DNA of 64,000 nucleotides from Acidimicrobiia bacterium (GCA_040878325.1 JBBDMM010000016.1:62001-126000), one strand, 5' to 3'. Positions 44,892 to 57,072 are shown, numbered from the stretch's first letter. Made by a program: numbers and translations. Notes: generated by a model from the sequence alone, not told the origin.

Positions 44892-45320
44892 CTACACAAC
44901 AATCTTGCGGTCGGCTTCGCGGAGCCGGGCGGCGAGACCCTTCAGCATCTTCTGGGCGACTCCGGGGAAGTCGGAGAGGATTCCCGTGAAGTCCTGGTGA
45001 CGCATCACGAGGAGCGTGCTGTCCCTGACCAGCTCCACGGTCGCCGACCGCGGACCCTCGTCGAGCAACGACATCTCGCCGAAGAAGTCTCCGGTACCGA
45101 GAGAGGCGATCTTCTTGCCGTTGCGGCGCACGAGGGCGGCGCCGTCCGCGAGGAGGTAGAAGGCATCGCCCGGCTGGCCCTCCTCGGCAATGACCGAACC
45201 GGCCGGCAGCGAGACCTCCTCGGCAACCCGGGCTACCCGGGTCATCTCTTTGGGGCTGAGGCCATGGAACAAGGGCACCACCTCGAGCAGCCCTAGTTGC
45301 TTCTTCTTGTCCACCTTCAC
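44892..45320 (-). CDS. Stand-alone cyclic nucleotide-binding domain protein
   Basis: VPLF, EGQPGDAFY, GDFFGEMSLL..PRSATV; no HTH. Confidence 0.92.
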   Translation of the reverse strand: MKVDKKKQLGLLEVVPLFHGLSPKEMTRVARVAEEVSLPAGSVIAEEGQPGDAFYLLADGAALVRRNGKKIASLGTGDFFGEMSLLDEGPRSATVELVRDSTLLVMRHQDFTGILSDFPGVAQKMLKGLAARLREADRKIVV

Positions 45321-45432
45321 CTCCGGCGGAAGATGCTAACGCCGGCCCCAGCCCCGGCCCCGGCTCCTGCCAGAAGGGCGCCCCCAGCCATTCCGCAAGC
45401 AGGAGCAGAAGGGGAACCGGAACCCGAAGGGC

Positions 45433-45753
45433 TTAGGTTTCCGATTCCGCCAGGGCTTGGGCGAGCTTGCCGGCCTGGGCGCGATCACCTTCGGCGATCT
45501 CGGCCCGGTCGGTGAGCAGGGTCACCTCGTTCCGGAACACCTGGAGAAACCCGCCGTGAATCGCCAGGGTGATCCTCCGCCCGTCGGCGGCCTGAATCTC
45601 CGACGACCCGGTGGCGAGGGCGGCCATCATCGGTTCGTGGTCGGCGAGGATGCCGATCTCCCCCTCCGTAGTGCGGGTGATGAGCATCGTGGCCTCCCCC
45701 GACCACACAATGGATTCGGGGGAGACCACATCGAGGCGGAAACTCTTCGCCAT
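45433..45753 (-). CDS. atpC: ATP synthase epsilon
   Basis: VVSPE, GEIGILADHEP, HGGF; last gene of the operon. Confidence 0.95.
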   Translation of the reverse strand: MAKSFRLDVVSPESIVWSGEATMLITRTTEGEIGILADHEPMMAALATGSSEIQAADGRRITLAIHGGFLQVFRNEVTLLTDRAEIAEGDRAQAGKLAQALAESET

Positions 45754-45775
45754 TTAGACCGACCTCCGGTCGGTC

Positions 45776-45889
45776 GCCGCCAGCCGCCAGCCGCCAGCCG
45801 CCAGCAAGCCATGAGCGGCCTGCCTACCGCGAGCAGCAGGTCTTCCTGTTCTTGCTGGCTGGAGGCTGGAGGCTGGAGGCTGGAGGCTG
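45776..45889. repeat. Inverted heptamer arrays (GCCGCCA)4 / (GGCTGGA)n between atpD and atpC
   Basis: The two arms are complementary with one mismatch per heptad and are closed by CAGCAAG/CTTGCTG. Confidence 0.88.
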
Positions 45890-45896
45890 CGAAGCT

Positions 45897-47423
<1,527 letters not shown>

Positions 47424-48302
47424 CTATCCACGGGTCATTGCCTCCGCGCCGCCGACGATCTCCGAGATCTCGGTAGTGATCTCGGCCTGCCGTGCCTGGT
47501 TGGCCTCCCGGCTCAGAAGCCGGGTCAACTCCTCGCCGTTCTCGGTAGCCGCCTTCATCGCCCGGCGCCGTGCGGCGTGCTCCGATGCGGACGCGTCGAG
47601 CAAGTACCCGAAGACCGACGCCTCTACATAGCGGGGAAGCAGCCGGTCGAGGATCGCTTCGGCCGACGGCTCGTACTCGTACCCGATCGGCACCGCCGAG
47701 TCGTCCAACCGCTCCGGCGGTTCGATCGGCAACAGCCGCCTGGTGCTCGCCCGTTGGGTCAGAGCCGAGACGTAGAGGGTGGTGAATACCTCGACCGAGT
47801 CGACCTTCAGCTCGGCATATTCGTTCATGATCACATTGGCGATGGCGCGGGCATCGCCGTAGCCCGGAGTATCGGTGACCCCCAAAAAGGCTCGCTCGAT
47901 CTGGTAGCCCCGGTAGCGAAAGTACGACTGCGCCTTCTTGCCGACGACGAAGAGCCGCGGATCGGCCCCCGCCCGCTTGAGTTCGATGAGGCGGGCTTCG
48001 GCCATCCTCAACACGTTCGAGTTGTAAGCCCCCGCCAGGCCGCGGTCGCTGGTCAACACGAGCGCCCCCGCCGATCGCACCGGCCGGGCCTCGAGGAGGG
48101 GGTGGCGAGCGCCACCAGAGGCGGCGGCGACGTTGCGGATGACCTCCTCCATCTTGCGGTTGTACGGCTGCGCGGCCGCGACTCGCTGCTGCGCCTTGGC
48201 GATTCGCGAAGCGGCGATGAGCTCCATGGCGCGCGTGATCTTCATCGTCGATTCGACGCTCTTGATCCGCCGTTGGATGTGCCGAAGCTCAGCGCTCGCC
48301 AT
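47424..48302 (-). CDS. atpG: ATP synthase gamma
   Basis: KITRAMELIA, SDRGLAG, RQAEITTEISEI. Confidence 0.98.
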   Translation of the reverse strand: MASAELRHIQRRIKSVESTMKITRAMELIAASRIAKAQQRVAAAQPYNRKMEEVIRNVAAASGGARHPLLEARPVRSAGALVLTSDRGLAGAYNSNVLRMAEARLIELKRAGADPRLFVVGKKAQSYFRYRGYQIERAFLGVTDTPGYGDARAIANVIMNEYAELKVDSVEVFTTLYVSALTQRASTRRLLPIEPPERLDDSAVPIGYEYEPSAEAILDRLLPRYVEASVFGYLLDASASEHAARRRAMKAATENGEELTRLLSREANQARQAEITTEISEIVGGAEAMTRG

Positions 48303-48308
48303 GGAACC

Positions 48309-49823
48309 TCACCCGCCGAGGAACGACTCGACGTACCCCTCGATCGCCTGCTTGAGCCCGTCGCCCTCGGGCAGCTTCCCGGACGATGCGATCGAGTCCA
48401 GCATCGCCGTGTGCCGGGTGCGCATGTGCTCGATGAGCCCAGTTTCGAACCGGGGGACATCCTCGGGCGGTATCCGATCCATCAGCCCGTTGCTCACTGC
48501 GTAGATGACGAGTACCTGATCCTCGACCGCCACCGGCCGGAACTGGGGCTGCTTGAGGACTTCGACGACGCGGCGGCCTCTGGCGAGCTGGGCCTGCGAG
48601 GCTGAGTCGAGCTCCGAGCCGAACTCGGCAAAAGCCTCCAACTCGCGAAACTGCGCCAAATTGATGCGCAGCTGCCCGGCGACGCTCTTCATCGCCTTGA
48701 TCTGCGCGTTGCCACCCACCCGCGACACCGAGATACCGGCGTTGATCGCCGGGCGGACTCCGGAATAGAAGAGGTCGGTCTCGAGGTAGATCTGGCCATC
48801 GGTGATCGAGATCACATTCGTCGGGATGTAGGCCGACACGTCGTTCGCCTTGGTTTCGACGATCGGGAGTCCGGTCATCGACCCGCCCCCCAATTCGTCG
48901 GAGAGCTTGGCGCAACGCTCGAGGAGCCTGCTGTGGAGGTAGAACACGTCGCCGGGGTAGGCCTCACGACCCGGAGGCCGACGGAGAAGCAACGAGATCT
49001 CCCGATAGGCCACTGCCTGCTTCGACAGGTCGTCGAAAATCACCAGGGAGTGCTCTCCCTTGTACATGTAGTACTGGCCGATGGCCGAGCCGGAGTAGGG
49101 GGCATACATCTGCAGAGCGGGTGCGACCGAAGCCGGCGCGTTGACAACCACCGTGTACGCCATCGCCCCGTGCCGCTCGAGGACCTCGACGACTTCGGCA
49201 ACGGTCGAGGCCTTTTGGCCGATGGCCACATAGACACACTTCACGCCCGAGTCCTTCTGACTCAGGATGGTGTCGACCACCACCGCGGTCTTGCCGGTGC
49301 CGCGGTCGCCGATGATCAACTGCCGCTGACCCCGACCGATCGGCGTCATCGCGTCGATCGCCTTGATTCCAGTCTGGAGCGGCTCGTGGACCGGCTGGCG
49401 CTCGACAACCGATGGGGCCTGTACTTCGAGGAAGCGGCGCTCGGTGGTGTGGATCGGCCCCTTACCGTCGATCGGGTTGCCGAGGGGGTCAATCACTCGC
49501 CCGAGCAGAGCGTCGCCCACCGGGACCGAGAGCACCCGGCCGGTCTGGCTGACGGGATCGCCTTCTTGGACGTGTGAAGCCTCTCCCATGAGCACGGCGC
49601 CGATCGAGTCCTCGTCGAGGTTCAGCGCCACTCCGAGAAGACCGCCGGGGAACTCCAGCAGCTCACTCGACATGGCGTTGGGAAGCCCTTCGACACGGGC
49701 GACGCCGTCGCCGATCGAAGTCACATACCCGACAGTGGCCGCCTCGAGCGACGGCTCCCAACCGTCGAGGTTCCGCCGAAGCGCCTCGGCGATCTCGTGG
49801 GCATTGATGGTCAGTTCGGCCAT
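48309..49823 (-). CDS. atpA: ATP synthase alpha
   Basis: [31 protein letters not shown]. Confidence 0.99.
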   Translation of the reverse strand: MAELTINAHEIAEALRRNLDGWEPSLEAATVGYVTSIGDGVARVEGLPNAMSSELLEFPGGLLGVALNLDEDSIGAVLMGEASHVQEGDPVSQTGRVLSVPVGDALLGRVIDPLGNPIDGKGPIHTTERRFLEVQAPSVVERQPVHEPLQTGIKAIDAMTPIGRGQRQLIIGDRGTGKTAVVVDTILSQKDSGVKCVYVAIGQKASTVAEVVEVLERHGAMAYTVVVNAPASVAPALQMYAPYSGSAIGQYYMYKGEHSLVIFDDLSKQAVAYREISLLLRRPPGREAYPGDVFYLHSRLLERCAKLSDELGGGSMTGLPIVETKANDVSAYIPTNVISITDGQIYLETDLFYSGVRPAINAGISVSRVGGNAQIKAMKSVAGQLRINLAQFRELEAFAEFGSELDSASQAQLARGRRVVEVLKQPQFRPVAVEDQVLVIYAVSNGLMDRIPPEDVPRFETGLIEHMRTRHTAMLDSIASSGKLPEGDGLKQAIEGYVESFLGG

Positions 49824-49833
49824 TACGGTCTCC

Positions 49834-50373
49834 TCAGCGCCTGATCAGCGTTTCGCGAATCTCTTCCAGCCGGTGGCTGACCGTGCCGTCGATGACGACG
49901 TCACCCACCCGTGCAACCACGCCGCCGATCACCGACGGATCGACGACGGTCTTGACCTCCACGTCCCTGCCGGTCGCCTTGCTGAGCGACACGGCCAGAC
50001 GGGCGATCGTCTTCTTATCCAACTCGCCGGCGGAACGCACCTCGGCGATCACCTTGTTGCGCCCCGCGGCGGCACGCTCGGCGAGGCGATCGGCGATCGC
50101 TGGCAGGTCGCCGCCACGCCCCAGCCCGACCACGAAGTTGACGAGATTCATCGCCAGGGGCGACGTCTTCTCCCCGAGCAGGTCGTCGATGACGGCCTTC
50201 TTGCGATCGACGGGCAGGCGAGGATCCGTCAACGCGGCACGAAGCTCGTTCGATGACTCGAAGGCACGGGCGATCCGGAAAAGCTCGTCGCCGATGCGCT
50301 CGAGTTCGCCCTCGGCCTTGGCCAGTTCGAGAATGGCGGCGGCGTAGCCGTCGATGCGGTCGTCGGCAGCCAT
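49834..50373 (-). CDS. atpH: ATP synthase delta
   Basis: [21 protein letters not shown]; operon position. Confidence 0.96.
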   Translation of the reverse strand: MAADDRIDGYAAAILELAKAEGELERIGDELFRIARAFESSNELRAALTDPRLPVDRKKAVIDDLLGEKTSPLAMNLVNFVVGLGRGGDLPAIADRLAERAAAGRNKVIAEVRSAGELDKKTIARLAVSLSKATGRDVEVKTVVDPSVIGGVVARVGDVVIDGTVSHRLEEIRETLIRR

Positions 50374-50939
50374 CAGGCCTTCAGCTCTTCCAGTTCGGCG
50401 ATGTATCGATCCACCAGCTTCTTCTGCACGGACGCGTCGACCGAGTCCGACACGACACGGCGGGCGAGGTCGAGCGACAGCGAGGCCACTTCATCGCGAA
50501 TCGACGCCGCGGCGCGCTCGCGCTCGGATGCAGCCGACTCCCTGGCCTTGCGAACGATCAACTGCGCCTCGGTCTCGGCCTTGCCGACCATGTCGGTCCG
50601 CAAGGCGTCGGCGGACTTCCTCGCCTCTTCGACGATCTTGTTGGCTTCGTCACGGGCCATGGCCAGTTGTTGCTTGTAGTCGGCGAGCAGGCTCTCGGCC
50701 TCGTGCTTGGTGTTCTCGGCGGCGGTGAGCTGGCCGATGATGGCCGCCTGTCGCGCTTCGAGCCGTTTGTCGACCATGGGCAGCACCCATTTCCACACGA
50801 ACACGAAGATGATCCCGAAGGCGATCAGGCCCGCGATCAACTCAGAGCTCGCCGGGAGCAGCAGGTCGATGCCGCTGGGCTCGTCGTGTTCTTCGGCGAC
50901 CTCGCCGAAGAACCGCATCGCTGCAGTGAGTTGCAACAC
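50373..50939 (-). CDS. atpF: ATP synthase b
   Basis: Single TM helix followed by a long charged coiled coil; operon position. Confidence 0.95.
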   Translation of the reverse strand: MLQLTAAMRFFGEVAEEHDEPSGIDLLLPASSELIAGLIAFGIIFVFVWKWVLPMVDKRLEARQAAIIGQLTAAENTKHEAESLLADYKQQLAMARDEANKIVEEARKSADALRTDMVGKAETEAQLIVRKARESAASERERAAASIRDEVASLSLDLARRVVSDSVDASVQKKLVDRYIAELEELKA

Positions 50940-50952
50940 GTTTACACCCTCC

Positions 50953-51180
<228 letters not shown>

Positions 51181-52212
51181 TCAGTGCTCCGGATGCACCG
51201 ATGTCTGGATGTACACCGCCGACAAGAGCGTGAAGATATATGCCTGAAGCACGATCACCACGAACTCGAAGGCGAAGATCCCCAGCCCGAAGATGAGCCA
51301 GGGGGCTCCGATCACGGGCCTGAAGTCGTACTGGGCGCCATAGACCACGAAGGCAACGAGGGCGACCAGCGCCATGTACATGGCGAGCCGCTTCTTTCGC
51401 TTCGTCAGCAGGAAGACGGTTCCCGCGACCGCGAGGCCCACTACCGCCAGCGATGCCATGGCGATTGTCTCGTTGGGGTCGCCGCCCGTGTGCGTGATGA
51501 ACAGATAGCCGCTCCCCAACAGCAGAGTCAACATGAGGTGGCCGGCGACGAGGTTGGCGAACAGCCGGACCGCCAGGGTGATCGGCCTCAAGAGGAATGT
51601 CGAGACGAACTCGATGAGGCCGACGAGCCAGCGGAGGCCAACAGGAACGCTCTTGGGCCAGATGATGGCCCCTACGTACGAGAACCCATTCTTGGCGAAG
51701 CCGACGAACATGAAGATGACCCAGGTGAACACCGCCAGCATCAGAGGAAGCGCCATCCGCGAGGTGATGGGGAAGTTGATGAGCGGCACTAGTTCGAAGA
51801 TGTTGCCGACCAGCACGAATAGGAAGACCGCCAGCAGGTATGGGGCGTACTTGCCGCCGTCGGGGCCGATCGTCCCCTTGGCGACATCGTCGCGTACGAA
51901 GGACACCAGCGACTCCATCACGACGCCGAACTTCCCGGGGACGATCTTCGGAGTGCGAAATGCGAAGTAGAGGGCGGCGACGACTGCTGCGGTGCCGAGG
52001 AAGATCAGGAAGACCGTCCGGGTGAAGTCGAACGGCCCGATCGAGAACAACGCCTCTTTGAACTCGAACAACTCGACGACGTTCGTCGGGGCGCAGATGA
52101 TTTCGGCGGCAGTGTCGCAATGGTGGCTCTCGGGAATCGAGGTCGAATAGATCGCAACCCCGACGGCGAACGCCGCCAGAGCAAGCATGATGATCCGGCC
52201 GCGCCAGGTCAT
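51181..52212 (-). CDS. atpB: ATP synthase a (extended)
   Basis: RPITLAVRLFANLVAGH, LQAYIFTLLSAVYI. Confidence 0.96.
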   Translation of the reverse strand: MTWRGRIIMLALAAFAVGVAIYSTSIPESHHCDTAAEIICAPTNVVELFEFKEALFSIGPFDFTRTVFLIFLGTAAVVAALYFAFRTPKIVPGKFGVVMESLVSFVRDDVAKGTIGPDGGKYAPYLLAVFLFVLVGNIFELVPLINFPITSRMALPLMLAVFTWVIFMFVGFAKNGFSYVGAIIWPKSVPVGLRWLVGLIEFVSTFLLRPITLAVRLFANLVAGHLMLTLLLGSGYLFITHTGGDPNETIAMASLAVVGLAVAGTVFLLTKRKKRLAMYMALVALVAFVVYGAQYDFRPVIGAPWLIFGLGIFAFEFVVIVLQAYIFTLLSAVYIQTSVHPEH

Positions 52213-52243
52213 CGGTTCTCCGCATTCACGAGTCTGCCGTACC

Positions 52244-52645
52244 TCAAGCCGTCAACTCCAGGTCCTTCTCTTTGCCGCGGGCGACCGCGACCGCCTCCAG
52301 TACCAGCAACACCAGGTATGCGGCCACCGCGGCCACCCCGAATGCGAGCCGATCGATGTCGAACTGCCGCGCAACCACCATCATCACCACCGTGATCAGC
52401 AGAAGTCGCAGCACGAAGCCGAACAGCGCGGCCGCATGATAGAGACCGAGCGAGATCCGTGCCGCCGCCGAAAGAACGAGGCCCGACAACAGGAAGTTGA
52501 CCACCACGATGGTCACCCCGATCGCGGCGGCAACCGCACCGTCGCTCCCGCGGACCGCCCACATGGCAAGCACGGCCGCGGGGCCCACGACCACTGCCCG
52601 CCGCACCGTATGGCGCGCCAGGACCGCCTCGACGTCACTGGTCAC
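52244..52645 (-). CDS. ATP synthase protein I-like membrane protein
   Basis: Four TM helices directly upstream of atpB; GTG 52645. Confidence 0.75.
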   Translation of the reverse strand: MTSDVEAVLARHTVRRAVVVGPAAVLAMWAVRGSDGAVAAAIGVTIVVVNFLLSGLVLSAAARISLGLYHAAALFGFVLRLLLITVVMMVVARQFDIDRLAFGVAAVAAYLVLLVLEAVAVARGKEKDLELTA

Positions 52646-52841
52646 GGTTGGCAATCGTCCACATCCTCCCAAAACCGACGATCGAACCGGCGATGATCCC
52701 GATCACCACCAGCACCGGATAGGTGTCGAAGAGGCGGTCGGCGATGGCACCCAAGAGGAGGCCCGCCATGATCGACCCGAAGAACGCCATCGAGTCGTTG
52801 GCGCTGCGGGCGGTGAGGCCCCGATCTTCCAGCCGGCTCAT
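52635..52841 (-). CDS. AtpZ/AtpI-family small membrane protein
   Basis: G..AD..FDTYP two-helix pattern; first gene of the atp operon. Confidence 0.8.
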   Translation of the reverse strand: MSRLEDRGLTARSANDSMAFFGSIMAGLLLGAIADRLFDTYPVLVVIGIIAGSIVGFGRMWTIANRDQ

Positions 52842-52908
52842 GTCCCCCTCGACCGCTTGTGAATTCCTTCACAATCTACCGCGCGGCCGGCACCCCCGCA
52901 ACCGGTTA

Positions 52909-54177
52909 TCACACGTGCCCCGGAAATTCTGCCGGATAGGCAGGGAATTCTGCTGCGAGCGCGGCGACCCGGGACCGTACCTTCGAGATCGCCGCCTTGT
53001 CGTCACGGCCATGGAGGGCAGCGGCGAGGAGTCGCCCGACTTCGGCCACCTCGTCTTCCTTCATCCCGCAGGTGGTGGCGGCGGGGAGCCCGATCCGCAG
53101 CCCCGACGCCCGGTAGGGCGGCCGGGGGTCGAAGGGGATCGTGTTGAAGTTCAGGGTGATGCCCGCCTTGTAGACCGCACGGGCAGCGTCCTTGCCGGTC
53201 AGGTCCTCGTCCACCGAACGGAGGTCGATGAGGAACAGGTGGTTGTCCGTGCCCCCGGACACCACCCGCACCCCCTCCCCCGCCACGGCCTCGGCCATGG
53301 CCGCCGCATTGGCGACGATCTGACGCGCATAGGTCCGGTAGTCCTCGCCGGCGGCCTCGTAAAAGCACACCGCCTTGGCGGCGATGTGGTTGTTGATGGG
53401 ACCGCCCTGAGCGTTCGGAAAGACTCCCTTGTCGATCGCTGCCGCGTGATCGGAAATCGAGAGGATCAACCCCCCGCGCGGCCCCCGCATCGCCTTGTGG
53501 GTGGTGGCGGTGACGACGTGGGCGTAAGGCACCGGGCTCGGATGGGCGCCTCCGGCGATCAAACCGATGATATGGGCGGCGTCGACCATCAGGATCGCCC
53601 CTACCTCGTCGGCGATCTCGCGGAATGCCCGCCAATCGAGAAACCGCGAGTACGCCGAATATCCGGCGACGATCAGCTTGGGGCGCTCCCGCCGCGCCAC
53701 GGCGCGCACCTCGTCCATGTCGACGGTCTCCGACTGCGGGTCGACCCCGTAGGCGGCGAAGTCGAACAGGATCCCCGAGAAGTTCACCGGCGAGCCGTGG
53801 GTGAGGTGCCCGCCCTGATCGAGGCGCATCCCCAGGATCTTGTCCCCGGGCTCCAGCAGGCCGTAGTAGACCGCCATGTTCGCCTGGGCGCCGCTGTGCG
53901 CCTGGACGTTGGCGTGCTCGGCCCCGAACAGCCCCTTGGCTCGCTCGATCGCCAGAGATTCCATCTCGTCGACGACCTCACAGCCCTCGTAGTAGCGCTT
54001 CCCGGGATAGCCCTCCGAGTACTTGTTCGTGAAGACCGACCCGGATGCCTGCATGACGGCCCGGGACACGAAGTTCTCCGAGGCGATCAGTTGGATGTGG
54101 GTGCGCTGCCGTTCGGCGTCCTTCTGGATCAACGCTTCCATCTCTGGATCGACTTCGTGGAGCGGGGAGCCGAACAT
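52909..54177 (-). CDS. glyA: Serine hydroxymethyltransferase
   Basis: LIASEN, NKYSEGYPGKRYY, GGHLTHG, TTHKAMRGPRGG. Confidence 0.97.
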   Translation of the reverse strand: MFGSPLHEVDPEMEALIQKDAERQRTHIQLIASENFVSRAVMQASGSVFTNKYSEGYPGKRYYEGCEVVDEMESLAIERAKGLFGAEHANVQAHSGAQANMAVYYGLLEPGDKILGMRLDQGGHLTHGSPVNFSGILFDFAAYGVDPQSETVDMDEVRAVARRERPKLIVAGYSAYSRFLDWRAFREIADEVGAILMVDAAHIIGLIAGGAHPSPVPYAHVVTATTHKAMRGPRGGLILSISDHAAAIDKGVFPNAQGGPINNHIAAKAVCFYEAAGEDYRTYARQIVANAAAMAEAVAGEGVRVVSGGTDNHLFLIDLRSVDEDLTGKDAARAVYKAGITLNFNTIPFDPRPPYRASGLRIGLPAATTCGMKEDEVAEVGRLLAAALHGRDDKAAISKVRSRVAALAAEFPAYPAEFPGHV

Positions 54178-54332
54178 CGGAGTCCTGGTGTTGGGGCTCC
54201 GAGGGTAGTGGGTCACCCGCATCGCCCGTCCCCGGCCGGCGCCGGCGGGGGGCGGGGCCGGCGGTCGACCTGCTGCCGGCAGGCTGGTGGCTCGCAAACT
54301 ATCGTCCGGTGCGCACCCCATAGCGAAGGAGG

Positions 54333-54755
54333 ATGGAAATGGGAACCTTCGACGGGTTCTTCGAGACTTTCGGGAATCTCGACTGGCTCGCCATCATCGT
54401 GGCCGTCGTGGTCGTGGGCGTGACTGTGGGCACGATCTTCTACGGCCCGACGCCGATCGGCAAGAAGTGGGCCACGGCGGCCGGGGTTCCCTTCAGCATG
54501 AAGGTCGACAAGCGCTATCTGCCGGGATTCCTCCTGGCCCTGCTCATCCAGATCGGCGTCGCCTACCTGGGTGCCCTCGACGACATCGAGCACTCGCTGG
54601 TGACCGCGCTCGTCGTGACGCTGTTCGTCGTCGTGCCCGTGAGGTACGGGGACGTCATATGGGCGAAGGGATCGAAGACCACGGCCCTGATCGACACCAC
54701 ATACATCTTCGGCGCCTTCGCAGTGGGCGGCTACGTCCAGGGACTGTTCGCCTGA
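54333..54755 (+). CDS. DUF1761-like membrane protein
   Basis: LDWLAIIVA...FYGP..GKKW pattern; four TM helices. Confidence 0.7.
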   Translation: MEMGTFDGFFETFGNLDWLAIIVAVVVVGVTVGTIFYGPTPIGKKWATAAGVPFSMKVDKRYLPGFLLALLIQIGVAYLGALDDIEHSLVTALVVTLFVVVPVRYGDVIWAKGSKTTALIDTTYIFGAFAVGGYVQGLFA

Positions 54756-54831
54756 CCGGTGAGGTCTTGATGTGCTGGCCCGCGCGGGCCAGCACATCCG
54801 CGTCACGGCCGGGAGCTGGCGGTCGATCCGC

Positions 54832-55473
54832 TTAGCCCGGCCTCCCGGGGACCTGTCGCCTCGCTTCTCGCTCGGTGATCATGTCGGTGATGCCGCTGGC
54901 GGTGTAGGCGAACAGGGGGGCGATCGTCGCCGATCCGTCGACCGAGAGCAGACCGAAGAGGAACGTGGCCAGGAGGAAGAACCCGACGGTCCCGATCCGC
55001 CGCCAGACCGAGTGGACTCCGGGATCGACCCGGAGCGCCAGCGCGCCGGCGACCCCGAAACAGAGCACGACCGCGCTGCCGGGGTCGCTGGTCAACACCG
55101 AGAACAGCACGAAGCTCCCGATTGCAGCCGGAGCTAGCACCAGGCCCGTCTTGATCGGCGTAGGCGCCCGGGACACGCGGCCGAGCACCACCAGCGATAG
55201 CGGAGCAATGATCAGCGCGGTCGCCACCCCGGCCCAGGCGTTACGGCTGTCGCCGTCCTCGAACGCGAATGCCGCCCCGATCGCCGAGAAGTACGCGAAG
55301 AGAAGGAGCACCGTCGCCCATGCGATCGCCGGCCACCGGCGCGGCCGGGCGTTGGGGTCACGGAACCGCTCGGCGCGGGCCACGATGCGTTCGGACTTGT
55401 CGCGGGTGTATCGGGCGATGTAGGCCTCGCGTTCGGCTTTCGGAGGCCGACGCGAACCCTTCTGGCGGCTCAT
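54832..55473 (-). CDS. Hypothetical membrane protein
   Basis: ATG 55473 overlaps the tsaC stop; basic N-terminus followed by several TM helices. Confidence 0.7.
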   Translation of the reverse strand: MSRQKGSRRPPKAEREAYIARYTRDKSERIVARAERFRDPNARPRRWPAIAWATVLLLFAYFSAIGAAFAFEDGDSRNAWAGVATALIIAPLSLVVLGRVSRAPTPIKTGLVLAPAAIGSFVLFSVLTSDPGSAVVLCFGVAGALALRVDPGVHSVWRRIGTVGFFLLATFLFGLLSVDGSATIAPLFAYTASGITDMITEREARRQVPGRPG

Positions 55474-56045
55474 TTCGGGTTCAACCGTATCGGCCCCTGG
55501 CGGAGTACGACGGGGTCGGGCCCCGACAGGTCGACCACCGTCGAGGCCTCTCCCAGCCGGGCGACTCCTTCGAGGTACACCGCCACGCCGTATCCGAGAG
55601 CGAACCTCGCCTCGTCGGCTGTGCGTGCCGGGGGCTCCCCGCTCCGATTGGCGCTCGTCACCGCAAGCGGACCCGCCGCCTTGAGCAGCTCGAGGGCGAC
55701 AGGGTGGTCGGGCACTCTGATCGCGACGGTCCCGCGGTCGTCGCCGATCCACGCCGGAGCATCCGGTGATTTCGGCACCACGACCGTGAGAGCGCCCGGC
55801 CAGTGACCCACCGCGTCGACCGCTCCCAAACCGCTGAGATCGGCGATCCCGGCGAACGCGTCGGCGTCAGCCCCGAGCACCGGTATCGGCGTTGCGGCAT
55901 CCCGCTGCTTGACCTCGTAGAGGCGCGCTACCGCCTCGCGGTTGAAGGGATCCGCCCCGACCCCGTAGACCGTATCGGTCGGCACCCCGACCAGAAGCCC
56001 CCGCTGAAGCGCATCGAGTGCATCGGCGATCGCGTCTCGTGTCAC
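55470..56045 (-). CDS. tsaC: L-threonylcarbamoyladenylate synthase (TsaC/YrdC)
   Basis: PTDTVYG, KQR, WPGALT, RVPDHP, TSANRSG. Confidence 0.93.
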   Translation of the reverse strand: MTRDAIADALDALQRGLLVGVPTDTVYGVGADPFNREAVARLYEVKQRDAATPIPVLGADADAFAGIADLSGLGAVDAVGHWPGALTVVVPKSPDAPAWIGDDRGTVAIRVPDHPVALELLKAAGPLAVTSANRSGEPPARTADEARFALGYGVAVYLEGVARLGEASTVVDLSGPDPVVLRQGPIRLNPK

Positions 56046-56083
56046 TTGGCCCCCGAAGCCGCATCGAGCGAGGCGGAGGAGGA

Positions 56084-56157
56084 GCGCAAAGCGCGATGCG
56101 CTATGCGCTGACGGGCCAAGCTCGTATCGGGTAGCGCACTGCGCATTGCGCATCGCG
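56084..56157. repeat. Inverted heptamer array (GCGC-core units)
   Basis: gcgcaaa gcgcgat gcgctat gcgct ... agcgcac tgcgcat tgcgcat cgcg. Confidence 0.8.
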
Positions 56158-56162
56158 GGGTT

Positions 56163-56954
56163 TCACCCACAGCAGCTGGCTCCTTTGCGGGCGACCAGGA
56201 TTCGATCGCGGCCGGCGAGGTCCTGGCGAATCTCTCGGTCGAACGCCGAGAAGAGTTGCATTGCCTCTTCGGACTGCCCGTCGCCGATCTCGCACAGGAC
56301 CCACCCACCGATTCCGACCGCCCAAAGGGCATCGTCGGCAATGCGGGCGAGGATCTCGGTTCCGCGGGGACCGGAGAACAAGGCCTGGTGCGGTTCGTGA
56401 TCGCGGATTTCTGCGGGGAGGTGGTCGCCCGATGCCACGTAGGGCGGATTGGACACCACCAAATCGATCCGGCCGTGCAGTTCGTCCGGTAGGGGCTCGA
56501 AGAGGTCGCCATGCAGAAAGGTGACCTCGAGACCGGTGATCGCGGCGTTCTCCTTGGCGAGCGACAACGCGCCCTCACTGATGTCGGTGGCGAAGACCCT
56601 CGCCTCCGGAAACGCATGCTTCAACGCCAGCGCCAGGCACCCTGACCCGGTCCCCAGGTCGGCGATCACCGTCCCGGGGCCAGCCCGGCCGAGCGAGCGC
56701 ACCGCCTCCTCCCACAACCGCTCGGTCTCGGGGCGGGGGATCAAGGCCCGCGGGTCGATCTTCAGGGTGAGCGGCCCGAAGTCGACCGTCCCCTCCAGGT
56801 ACTGGAGAGGCTCGCCCGCCTCACGACGGGCGATCAGGCGGTCCAATCGTCGGGCCTCATCGACGGTCAAGCCGGAGTCGACGGCAAGCGCCGACGCGGA
56901 TCGGCCGCTGACCGCAGCCCAAAGGCGGGCGAGCTCGTGCGCAGGCAGGGTCAT
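56163..56954 (-). CDS. prmC: Release factor glutamine methyltransferase
   Basis: GEPLQY, LIPRPETE, DLGTGSG, SNPPY, DLAGRDR. Confidence 0.95.
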   Translation of the reverse strand: MTLPAHELARLWAAVSGRSASALAVDSGLTVDEARRLDRLIARREAGEPLQYLEGTVDFGPLTLKIDPRALIPRPETERLWEEAVRSLGRAGPGTVIADLGTGSGCLALALKHAFPEARVFATDISEGALSLAKENAAITGLEVTFLHGDLFEPLPDELHGRIDLVVSNPPYVASGDHLPAEIRDHEPHQALFSGPRGTEILARIADDALWAVGIGGWVLCEIGDGQSEEAMQLFSAFDREIRQDLAGRDRILVARKGASCCG

Positions 56955-57008
56955 AAACAAAGGGTATCCCGCTGACCGCTGCCGCTGCCAGCTGCCCGCC
57001 ATCACTTC

Positions 57009-57057
57009 GCGCATTGCGCATTGCGCATTGCGCATTGCGCATTGCGCCTTGCGCATC
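57009..57057. repeat. (GCGCATT)5 plus two variant units
   Basis: Counted directly: five perfect units, then GCGCCTT and GCGCATC. Confidence 0.95.
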
Positions 57058-57072
57058 GCCTATCTTCACCGG

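Noticed and set aside
54178..54332. Possible ZTP riboswitch upstream of glyA
   Set aside because: GC-rich leader without recognisable ZTP consensus elements.
56163..56165. TGA after Cys-Cys-Gly in prmC as selenocysteine
   Set aside because: The protein is already complete, and the downstream stem is a heptamer array rather than a recognisable SECIS.
57009..57057. Repeat arrays as CRISPR
   Set aside because: Units are 6-7 bp, head-to-tail with no spacers, and there are no cas genes.
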